Shown here: positions 1-10,769 of the stretch, one piece after another
Layout of the letters: each line of letters opens with the position of its first letter
How positions within the stretch are numbered: the first letter of the stretch is position 1
DNA from: Lytechinus pictus
Taxonomy: Eukaryota
DNA: 64,000 nt
Direction: 5' to 3'
Assembly (NCBI RefSeq): GCF_037042905.1
Contig: NC_087250.1
Coordinates: 16,432,001 to 16,496,000 of the forward strand
Program-made: the position numbers and the translations under genes
Notes under the pieces: generated by a model
Databases searched by the model: none
What the model saw: the letters and a program-made list of their open reading frames with translations, nothing else
What the model was told of the DNA's origin: nothing

Positions 1-749
1 AAGACCTACCAATGTAAAGCTTAGAATCACCTCTTTCATCTGGTATTACTTAGATTATTCCTCATTCACGCATGAGTGAGCAAAAACAATTCGAAGAAAG
101 GATGCCAAAAACTCATTTGGCGGGGAGTATCTGAATTTCAAAAAGAAAATCACATGACAAAAAAGTTCAATATCTGCTCTTTTCTTTTATACCGTAATCA
201 CAGAAAATGGTCAAGAAGTAAAAAAGTTATGATCCCTCGAAACAATGCTTGTTTTTCCATAATTTCATTAAATAAACGTGTTTTCACCGGTTTCCCACAG
301 AAGCTATCGCACGGTAACAAAAGACTTAATGCATGGTTGATCGTCAACAAAACGGAGTGTGGAGTGAGTTTGGACGCTTGCCTGTAAAACCTCTTCATTT
401 TATGAAATTATTGAAATTCAAGCCTTATTTCAAATAACCAGAATTTTATTATTTCTTGACCATTTTCTGCAATTGAGGTATCAAATTAAAGAGCAGATAT
501 TGAACTTTTTAGAAATATGGTTTTCATTTGAAAACCCAGATACGGCCCGCCAAGTGACTTTTTGGTATCCCCTTTTCAAATTGTTCTTGCTCACTCATGC
601 GTGAATGAGAAATAAACTAAGTAATACCAGATAAAAGAGGAGATTCTAAGCTTTACATTGGTACTGTAGGTCATTTGTCTATTTTATTTATGATTAAGTT
701 ATGATAAATCATCGCTAAATCTCGGTTTCGTTTTTTCTGGGACGCACTG
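1..749. mobile_element. Tc1/mariner-like MITE, left tip outside the window; long imperfect palindromic arms
   Basis: Right end ...ctcggtttcgttttttctgggacgcactg at 749, then TA; homologous to complete copies at 4091-4820 and 61061-61839. Confidence 0.85.
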
Positions 750-787
750 TATATATAAATATATGTAAATATATATATAAATATATG

Positions 788-863
<76 letters not shown>

Positions 864-886
864 CATACATATACATACATATATAT
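750..886. repeat. (TA)n microsatellite
   Basis: Direct reading. Confidence 0.95.
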
Positions 887-1576
887 GACTCATGAGATAG
901 AGACTCATATCTCACCGAAAAATTAATGCGAGCGCGAAGCGCGAGCTGAAATTTTTATAGTATACTGACCTGAAAAAAGGAAAAAGGTGCCTGTTTAGGA
1001 CTGTTTGTAGTAACTCATGAGGAGGATGCATATCTCACTACACAGATAATGCGAGTGCCGAAGGCGAGCTAAAATTTCTTTATATTCTGACCAGAAAGGT
1101 TTATATTCTAAGCATTTTGGTACCAATGATTAAGATGAGTATCTAAAAAAAAACAATAGATGCGAACGCGAAGCGCGAGCTTAAAATTTTGATATTTTGA
1201 TCTGAAAAAAATGACAGTTTAATGGACGTTTTTAATAGAGAACAAGATTAATCCAACAAAAGATTATTGCAAATCGAAGCGGGAGTTCTTTTGATTAGAG
1301 CTGAAAACGGGTCATTCTATTCACATATATTTAATCATGAAAAGTATGGGGTTTTGCTACAAAAATGATGCGAGCGCGAAGCGCGAGCTGAAATTTTTTA
1401 TATTCCAATCTGAAAAGCGCACAGTTTGCACGATTTTGAATAAGGAACTAGTTGTGTAGCTCTACCTCACTTGCTGATTTCTGTGTAACATTACCATCTT
1501 ATTTTATTTTTGCACATGCAAAACTTGTTAGGTCACAAAATTTGAAAATATTCGTGGCTCCCCCGATTATAGGCCC
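887..1576. mobile_element. Body of a hAT-like non-autonomous element, paralog of 3954-5569; probable end displaced to 8925-8957
   Basis: Aligns with 4860-5466, with repeated gcgagcgcgaagcgcgagc motifs; the sequence after the 1577-8919 insertion ends in ggatccaccactg at 8957. Confidence 0.65.
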
Positions 1577-1874
1577 TGTTACAACCGATAATGTCGCATC
1601 AACGCATAATGTCGCACCAACGCATAATGTCGCAGTCAACGCATAATGTCGTAGTTTTTCTAACGCATAACGTCACATGTCGCAACGCATAATGTCGCAG
1701 CAAGTTGTCAACGCATAACGTCACATGTCGCAACGCATAATGTCGCAGCGGTATTTTCTTCAGGACTCAAGTTACAGATAAGATATAAAATATTCTTTTA
1801 CTAAGTATTTTGATACACGAGAAAGAGAATTAAGTGATTTGGAAATCAGGATTACTCTTTGTATGGATATTTAT

Positions 1875-2720
1875 CGGTTTATTGCCATTTCGTGTACTGC
1901 CTTTTTCCCCACTATCGCATGGTCTGATATCATTTCGTCTACCATTAGTTAGTCAACTATCAACAAAATTCAATAACCATTTCGTCTAATTACCATCTGG
2001 TCTAATAGCCAGTTGGTATAATAGACGTTTTGTTAATTATCATTTAGTCTAATTGTATTATTTTCAATTGGTCCAATTTCCACTTTGTCCAATATCATTA
2101 TATACGTCTATTAACTTTTGGCCTAATAGCCAATTGGTCTAATAACCACTTGGTCTATTTTCATTTCATTCATGTTCCATTTGGTCTTACTTAAGTTGGT
2201 TGACTATCACTTTGTCGAAACTCATTCCGGCAAACAATCATTTGGTATCGTTGCCATGGTCCAATCACCAATAGGTCCAATTTCCGGTATTTTTTTTGTT
2301 TACTGACGGATGGTCTATTATCACTAAGTCTAATCATCAGATTGGCTAACAACATTCGTGATAAACCCACTTAGTCCTATTCTCTTTTGGTCTAATGACC
2401 ACTTGATATAATAGCAACTTGGTCTTCTTCCCAGTTGGACTAATTGCCAGTTGGTATAATTTTCATTTGGTCTAATTGCCATTTCGTCTAATGTATTTTA
2501 TTGTCACTTGGTCTAATACCAGTTCGTCTAATAGTCGGATGGTCTAATACTAGTTGGTCTAATACCAGTTGGTCTATTCCTCACTTGGTCCATTATTCAT
2601 TTGGTCTATATTCAGTTGGTCTAATGTGCAGTTGGTCTTATTTCCATTTCGGCCAATTTCCACTTGATCTAATTTCCAGATAGTCTAACATTCATTTCGT
2701 CTACATGCCACTTGGTCTAA
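1875..2720. repeat. Degenerate short tandem array (ttggtcta/ttcgtcta core) in the left arm of element A
   Basis: Core recurs about every 18-20 bp; mirrored at ~6340-6780. Confidence 0.75.
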
Positions 2721-3953
2721 TATGTAAAGTTTGCATGGTAACTTGTTTTCATTTTTCTGGTGAAATTTTTAAAGTAACTTTCCGCGCGCCGGCTTCGAAT
2801 CTTCACCCGTGTGCCCCTCGATATTTGAGTACATTTAGAGTGACTATATTTCCATCCCAAATTTTTTAAAAATATGAGGATTTTTCAAAAGCCTGTGGAA
2901 ATGAATGCTTCATATTCCAGTCCCAAAAGGGGTCAATCTAAGCACTTTTTTAAGCGCTATGCATGAAAATTCTGAAGTGGATGTGGATAAGAGCGCGAAG
3001 CGCGAGCGAAAATTTTAGCCTATATAGTACATGGTGTTTTTTACCTGCTGCTAATATAAGAAAGCATGATTGCTTGTAAGCAAGCAACCAGAGGACCGAC
3101 GCACAGTGGGCCGGGGCGAAACAAAAGTGCGCCAAAAGTCATTTTGGGCAATTTCAGATTTTTATTTTTTGTTATGCCCAGGTGAAAGACAACACTTTGA
3201 AGAATACTTTAGCAAAATATTTCATTTCGAAATTTGCATAAAGGTTGTTAATTTCCAACCTCAAATCGTAAAATGTGACGTTTTGCGAAATATCGCGTAT
3301 ATGACAACCTAGTTGAAAAAAGGCCATTTCCCAGGAGGTTTTTCATGTAGGAATCTGAAATGGCTCCAACATAATCCTGATATATTCTTTTTTGTGTGTG
3401 AAAGGGTTCAAAGTAGATAAAAGACACCTTTCAGGAGGTTTATAGTATGATTATTCCTGGAAATAGGCTGAAAATCCATGTTTTTTGCATTTACATTAGA
3501 AACGTTTAGATTTCCGTAGATTTCCGTCTAAATTCTATCATCATCATTTTTTCCGATGTCTAAGCTTTAAGTCGATACCAAATTTAGCTGCCCGTTTTTG
3601 CCCGTTGTCATGTAAGAGCCGATTTTATTTGACACAACACCACTAGCGTACCTACGGGGGGGGGGGGGGGGGGCAGGGGGGGCACTCTGCCCCCCCTGAC
3701 GAGATTTCGAAGACCTTCGAAAAACGGTCATTTTTATACCGCGCAGTCATCGTAGCGCACCGTATGGGTGTACATTGCCGTTCGCTTTAGTACGGCGAGG
3801 ACGATTCCCCTTCCATTCCATGAAAATGACATGAATTCCGGGCAAAATGTAAACAAAATAAAGGTTGCTAACGCAAATAAGGGCTATACCCACAACTCTT
3901 CCAGAGTTAAAACTTACTTGTAGAATAATTTCAGCCCAAAACCCTCCTCATAG

Positions 3954-4817
3954 CAGGGGCGTCGATCCATTTTTCAGATTGGGAAGGCAAAATCATGAAT
4001 CAATGTTCCAAAGCCGCTTGATCGTACAAAACACCCCCCCCCCCACACACACACACATAGGCATATTATATATGTATATATATATATATACAGTGCGTCC
4101 CAGAAAAAACGAAACCGAGATTAAGCGATGATTTATCATAACTTAATCATAAATAAAATAGACAAATGACCTACCAATGTAAAGCTTAGAATCTCCTCTT
4201 TCATCTGGTATTACTTAGATTATTCCTAATTCACTAAAAAGTTCAATATCTGCTCTTCTATTTGATACCTTAATCACAGAAAATGGTCAAGAAGTAAAAA
4301 AGTTATGATCCTTCGAAACAATGCTTGTTTTTCCATAATTTCTTAAAATGAACATGTTTTCACCGGTTTCCCGCAGAAGCTATCGCACGGTAACAAAGGA
4401 CTTAATGCATGGTTGATCGTCAACAAAACGGAGTGTCGAGTGAGTTTGGACGCTTGCCTGTAAAACCTCTTCATTTTATGAAATTATTGAAATTCAAGCC
4501 TTATTTCAAATAACCAGAACTTTGTTATTTCTTGACCATTTTCTGTAATTGAGGTATCAAATTAAAGAGCAGATATTGAACTTTGTAAAAATGTGGTTTT
4601 CTTTTGCAAACCCAGATACGGCCCGCCAAGTGACTTTTTGGTATCCCCTTTTAAAATTGTTTTTGCTCACTCATGCGTGAATAAGAAATAAACTAAGTAA
4701 TTTCAGATGAAAGAGGAGATTCAAAGCTTTAAAATGGTAGGTCATTTGTCTATTGTATTTGTGATTAAGTTATGATAAATGATCGATAAATCTCGGTTTC
4801 GTTTTTTCTGGGACGCA

Positions 4818-4853
<36 letters not shown>

Positions 4854-5569
4854 ATATATGACTCATGAGATACAGACATGTATCTCACCAACAAATTAAT
4901 GCGAGCGCGAAGTGCGAGCTGAATTTTTTTAGTCTACTTACCTTAAAACAGGAAAAGCGTACCTGTTTAGGACTGTTTGTATAGTAACTCATGAGGAGGA
5001 TACATATCTAACTACACTAATGCGAATGCCGAGAGCGAGCCGAAATTTCTTTATATTCTGACCTGAAAGCTTGATATTCTAAGCATTTTTTGGTACCAAT
5101 GATTAAGATTAGTATAAAAAAGAACAAATCTCTCTCTAATAGCTTGCATCTCTAAAGAGCTGAAAATTTTGATATTTCGATCTGAAAAATAATGGACTTT
5201 TTTTTATAAAGAACAAGATATATATCCAACAAAAGATTATTGCAAATCGAAGCGGGAGTTATTTTGAGGGTTAGAACTGAAAACGGGACATTCTATTCAC
5301 TTATTTAATCATGAAAAGTATAGGTTTTTGCTACAGAAAAGATGCGAGTGCGAAGCGCGAGCTGAAAATTGTTGTATTCCAATCTGAAAAGCGGACATTT
5401 TGAGCACGATTTGTGTATCTCAATCTCACTTGCTGATTATTACAATCTTATTTTATTTTTGCACATCCGGAATTATTGGGGGGGGGGGGGGGGCAAAACG
5501 ATATGTTTGCCCCCCAATATTTTCATTGGTGGGGCGATCGCCCCCTGCCCCCCAGGATCGACGCCTCTG
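3954..5569. mobile_element. hAT-like non-autonomous element
   Basis: 15-bp TIR caggggcgtcgatcc / ggatcgacgcctctg (1 mismatch); 8-bp TSD cctcatag (3946-3953, 5570-5577). Confidence 0.88.
4091..4820. mobile_element. Tc1/mariner-like MITE in a (TA)n tract
   Basis: TIR cagtgcgtcccagaaaaaacgaaaccgagatt; TA flanks; ~90-bp deletion in the left arm relative to the other copies. Confidence 0.9.
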
Positions 5570-7752
5570 CCTCATAGTGATACATTCTTGGTGCTATATA
5601 CTCTGCATTTTACAAAAGTCAACACAGCTTCATAAAGCACGGTTTATATTTTCCAGATTTTATTTTTTTCTTTTTATAAATCTAATTAATGATCATTTTG
5701 ATGCCATAAAATTATTTTCTGTATCTCATACACACTTTTTAGGCATGTGAGAAGCCTAAACCAACATTCAGTCTGGTCAATCTTAAAGTAGCACATAGCA
5801 CAAAATTTATATACTTCACATTGTTAAAAGTAATTTGTCTTCACAGATAGGTTTTAAGTAGCCAATCAAAATTTGGTATCAAGGTGACGTCATATCGGCT
5901 TTAGATTATGTTCAGTCGATTCTACGCCCAAAATTACCCATAAACAACATGTTAAAATAAAAATCTAACACGGAATATAATTTTGGCGCACTTTCAACTC
6001 ATTCTGGCCCACTGTGCGACGGCTTAAGGTCCAAAGGGCACTAATGCACCAATTAGGAATCATATCCGGGTCACCGGAATCAGAACCCCCGCTCTACCTA
6101 CTGAGCTATCGTGCCTCTTTTGAGCTTGAAAGATTTATTTTTTATTTTCCAAGTCTTCACCTCACCCTATTTTATTCACTCTTCTGTCTCCTCTTATTTT
6201 TCCTCATTTTCCCTCCTCTATTTCCCCTTCTTTTCCCTTTTCTGATCTGAACCACAAATCAGGAGAAGTACTGCAACAAGTCGGCAATATGATACATAGA
6301 GTCACCTTAGAGGTCTAGTACCAGTAGGCCATTATCGTTATAAGATGAAATGAATATGCCTATTGGACGAAATGATGATTCGACAAGATGGTGATTGGGC
6401 CCATGGCAACGTTCCAAATGATTGTTAGCCGAAATGGGTTTCGACAAAGTGATCGACCAACTTAAGTTAGATCAAATGGAACATGGACGAAATGAGAGTA
6501 GACCAGGTGGTTATTAGACCAATTGGCTATTAGACCAAAAGGTAATAGAAGTAATGATATTGGACAAAGTGAATATTGGACCAATTGAAAAAAAAATACA
6601 ATTAGACTAAATGATAATTAACAAAACGGCTATTAGACGAACTGGCTATTAGACCAGATGGTAATTAGACGAAATGGTTATTGGACATTGTTGATTGTTG
6701 ACTAACTAATGGTAGACGAAATGATATCAGACCATGCGATAGTGGGGAAAAAGGCAGTAGACGAAATGGCAATAAACCGATAAATATCCATACAAAGAGT
6801 AATCCTGATTTCCAAATCACTTAATTCTCTTTCTCGTGTATCAAAATACTTAGTAAAAGTATTTTTTATATGTTATCTGTAACTTGAGTCCTGAAGAAAA
6901 TAACGCTGCGACATTATGCGTTGCGACATGTGACGTTATGCGTTAGAAAAACTACGACATTATGCGTTGACTGCGATATTATGCGTCGGACGCTCTTGGC
7001 ATAATGTCGCAATCTGCGACATTATGCGTTGGTGCGACATTATGCGTTGATGCGACATTAGGCACCTTTCGCAATCCTCTACAACGCGAGATTAGAGTCG
7101 GGTAACTCAAAAGTTAATGATTAATCATAGACTCGATTTCAGATTGATTGTACATTACAGTCAATACAATCAAACGTAGAAAACTGTTCTACAATCATTG
7201 CTAAGCTTTGTGTTACAGGCCCTATAGATCTTGCTTTTCGTGTGCAAAGCTCTTTCACACGATACCAGCATGGAGCTATAATAGCTCTATGATACCAGCA
7301 TGCCATGCCATTTGCCTGCCTCTGCTCGCGGCGGGACTGTACCTGTATCATGGCTATGACTCCAGCTGGCTGGAGAGATGCGAAATGTAGATTTTGACAT
7401 GGATAAGAAAATGGTTTTTCAGACAAATCGAGTACATATTGAGTAAGGAAAAACTTACCGAATTAAGGCTTAGATATAGATCATTACAGTCCATCGAATC
7501 GATATTGCATTTAATTAACATTATTGTTGGATCACTGGCAATTTATTCCATGAGTCAGATCACCTCTCCAGCCGGAACCATTTTCGCATGCGTTGACATA
7601 TACACAGCATGCAAGAGGCCATGAACCGTCTGAAAAAACATCTAAATTTGCGGGGGTTTTCTTCATTTTCCGCTCCCCATACACAAACGATATGCCTCTA
7701 GCACACAATGTAATGGGCAGTATGTTTTACTTTCCGCAGAAATGGGGGATTT

Positions 7753-8632
7753 CCCGGGGGGTACACTTCCGTTGATGAGTGGATACCAGGCGCGACCATG
7801 GGGTTTCGTAAAGCACCCTAAACAATGGAAGTAAGTCTTTTCCAGATTGTGAAAATTTATTTATTTATTTTTATTTATTTATTGATATATTCATATTCCA
7901 CAATCATCAAAGTACATTTCGTAATCAATCATTTTTACAATGAAAAAATGCATAACACATGCAGGATTGAAACATAGCAATGAAATGAAAAAAGTGGAGG
8001 GGCCTACTAAAAAGCAAAGCTTGTAAGATGTAGACCCCCTATCAAAATTGAATACAAGGGTAATATGATATAAGAAGAGTAAAATAATCAGCAAACTTAT
8101 ATAAAATTATATAGATATAAACACAAATGTATATACACTATATACAAAATTAAATATTGACTTTAAAATAATCAATACAACCGTGGATAAGTATGAAGTT
8201 CACAAAATGTTTGATTGAATCAATAGGAATTCAGAAGACATTTTTTGATGAGTAATTTAAATCGGTTCAGATTAGCTGCCTCTTTTATTACTCTGTCCAG
8301 AGAATTCCAGAGTTTTGGTCCTGTGAAAAATACAGTTTTGCTAGAAAATACTGTTCTACTTTTAGGTAAGTGATAGTCCTTCAATTGTCTCGTATTATAT
8401 GAATGTAAAGTATTTTTTCTCATAAATTTCTCATAAATGCATCTCTTTAGTATTTGGGTTGTGACACCCTACAAGTATTGGAAATATATCCCGTTTTTCG
8501 GTATTTTAATCATCGTTTTTGACACCCTTATAACGCTACATATGCCTATACGTAACGTACTTACCCACTCTTTCCCTTTTTACGTATGGCCGCGCCTGGT
8601 ATCCACTATTCAATGGGAGTGGGCCTCCCGGG
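7753..8632. mobile_element. Diverged CCCGGG-ended MITE (family of 9543-10091) interrupted by a LINE 3' fragment
   Basis: gagtggataccaggcgcgacca / tggccgcgcctggtatccact subterminal inverted repeat; no clean TSD. Confidence 0.65.
7857..8438 (-). mobile_element. CR1/L2-group LINE 3' fragment
   Basis: Peptide HSYNTR...GPKLWNSL matches the ORF2 C-terminus at 40019-43021; (TAAA)n tail. Confidence 0.8.
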
Positions 8633-9542
8633 CGGCTTCTCGAGCTCTGGGAGGAACCAAAAGTGGATTTGGAAAGTCGTCCTAAATCGGATAAATCGCT
8701 GTTACCATAGTAGCAACCAGAATTTTGCACACGAAACGCATATTGAATGTTTCCGTCGCAGATGCGAAACGAAAAAAAAATCTCATGTCACACAATTTGC
8801 ATTGCAGGACAGAATTTTACGATCATGATGACGGGCCCAAAAAGTCTTCCAAAATCAACTACGGTCGTAAATAAGCGTGCGCGTCCTCAAACGAAAGGTC
8901 GGGAATATCGGTTGTAACAGGCCCCTCCCCCATTTTTGAATTCTGGATCCACCACTGATTTTTCCATAAATTAAACTGACCATGATAATTTTTTAGGAAA
9001 AGAATACATTTATGCAGTATAAAGAGTATTCATTCCTAAGTTTTCGAATGTGCTCGCTCAACCATGAAAATGTTATGTTCGGTAAGTGTGTGGTGATAGA
9101 AATGATGGATGATAAAAACAACATCAATCAAAGTCACATTTGAAACCGAATTAGCCCCCAATATTCACCTTATTACCCTTTAAAATGAGTCTGTGACATT
9201 GAAAATACAAATTTTATCACTTTGATGCGTGCTCACTCATCTGTAAATAAACAAATCGATTTCATTTTTGCACAGAATTCTGCCCATAGGTTAATAAACA
9301 TTACTGCCAAATGACATTGCTAAAGACAGCCTTGAAAAAAAGTTCCACCATATTGAATAAGGGGTTACTTATTCTTAAACATATGCACCCATAATGTACA
9401 CAGGTCTATGAGAGATGAGGTCAAAATTTTAACAAAATTAATATGAAATAAGGGGTTTGTTTCATGGACGGTTTTTGTTATTTATGCCAACAGTTATTTC
9501 ATGAAACTTCGCACATCGCTTCAGAGTAACACTATCCAAAAG

Positions 9543-10091
9543 CCCGGGGGGGGGGGGCAGTTCCATTCACGAGTGGATACCATGCGCGACCATGGGGTCT
9601 CGAAAAGCACCCTAAACACGTAACTTCCATATTCTGAAAATATACCACTTAACAAGTATTGGTGTTTGAAACCCTACCCTTAATATTGGAAACAAAACGA
9701 TACTCTTGGCAAATATTCCCTGAAATAAACCCCTAAACAAGTACAGGAATGTTTTATTGTTACGGGTCCTTCGGTCGTCGGCTTTACCTAATTTGGTTTA
9801 GTACGACCCCATCTTCTACACCTCGCGCAAATTTGACTCTAAACACGAAGTGTTGGGGCAAAAAGGACACCCTTTATAAAACATTTTAATTTTGTTTTAT
9901 CATCCCCGAAAATTCGACCCTAAACACTTAATTGTCCTAGCGGAATAGATACCCTTTTTTCATTATTTTTGTGTTTTTGACACCCTTATCACGTTACGTA
10001 CGTACGTGCCCTATCGTGAAAAAGACATCCTTTTTACGTGTTTTTTTTGGTCGCGCATGGTATCCACTCGTCAATGTAAGTGGCCCCCGGG
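9543..10091. mobile_element. MITE with CCCGGG termini and 8-bp TSD (hAT-like)
   Basis: TSD tccaaaag (9535-9542, 10092-10099); subterminal IR cgagtggataccatgcgcgacca. Confidence 0.85.
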
Positions 10092-10769
10092 TCCAAAAGG
10101 CGCGCGCACCAAAATAACAATTCGATACGGCACAGAGTGGGGCCAAGGCGCTGAACTTTCTTCTCATTTGCATAATTTTCGAATATTGTGTGCTCACTGA
10201 TGCATTAAACATCGGGATTTTCATAAAAATCAAATCAAATGAACCATGCAAGGAGGCTTGTGACAGTAATCCATAGTTACAAGTTGCATTCTTTCCAATA
10301 ATGTAAAAAAGAGCTAATCACATTCCACATGTTCATTCAAGCGTGAATGTTTAATTAAACGCCTTTGAATCATTGAATCATGTTAATTGGTCATGAACAT
10401 AACGGAAAAGTTGATAAAAGATCAGTTTTAGTTACCAAAATGAAACAATACTTGCCTATGATATTTGAAAATTGTATTTTTTGTTTTCAATAAATGTTCA
10501 TTGAACCGTGAAACGATGAATATTGTTGAAGATACTCTTCCCAAAAATAACTGTCATCATATTTTATCATTTGTATTGATGAAAATTTGTAAAAAAATCC
10601 AATTATAGCAAATTTGGACTTGTGTTTATTCAACCGTGAAATTTAGCCAAAAAAAATTGTATCGTCTTTTTGAAAGTACCTTTTACAAGCCTTCTGACTA
10701 TTTTTCATGATGAGAATGTGGAAGTAGTTCCAATAAAATGGAATCAAAGTCATGATTTTTAGCTTGTGA

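Larger units (their letters stand above)
3102..6016. mobile_element. Non-autonomous Transib-type transposon with RSS-like TIRs
   Basis: Ends cacagtgggcc / ggcccactgtg; shared subterminal aaagtgcgccaaaa; 5-bp GC-rich TSD cgacg (3097-3101, 6017-6021). Confidence 0.85.
3030..6115 (-). mobile_element. tRNA-derived SINE split by the Transib insertion (head 6022-6115, continuation ~3030-3101)
   Basis: Minus strand ggcacgatagctcagtaggtagagc (A box) and a degenerate B box ggatatgattcc; reads ggaccttaagccgtcggtcct across the excised insertion. Confidence 0.6.
1577..8919. mobile_element. Foldback-like DNA transposon A with TGTTACA termini and nested insertions
   Basis: TIR tgttacaaccgata / tatcggttgtaaca; 5-bp TSD ggccc (1572-1576, 8920-8924); arms 1577-~2270 are the inverse of ~6390-7060; outer tandem aacgcataatgtcgc repeats. 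Confidence 0.8.

Noticed and set aside
671..915. ORFs rich in Tyr/Ile
   Set aside because: Translations of the (TA)n microsatellite.
6040..6115. tRNA gene on the minus strand
   Set aside because: B box and acceptor stem are degenerate, and the sequence continues into a SINE-like body.
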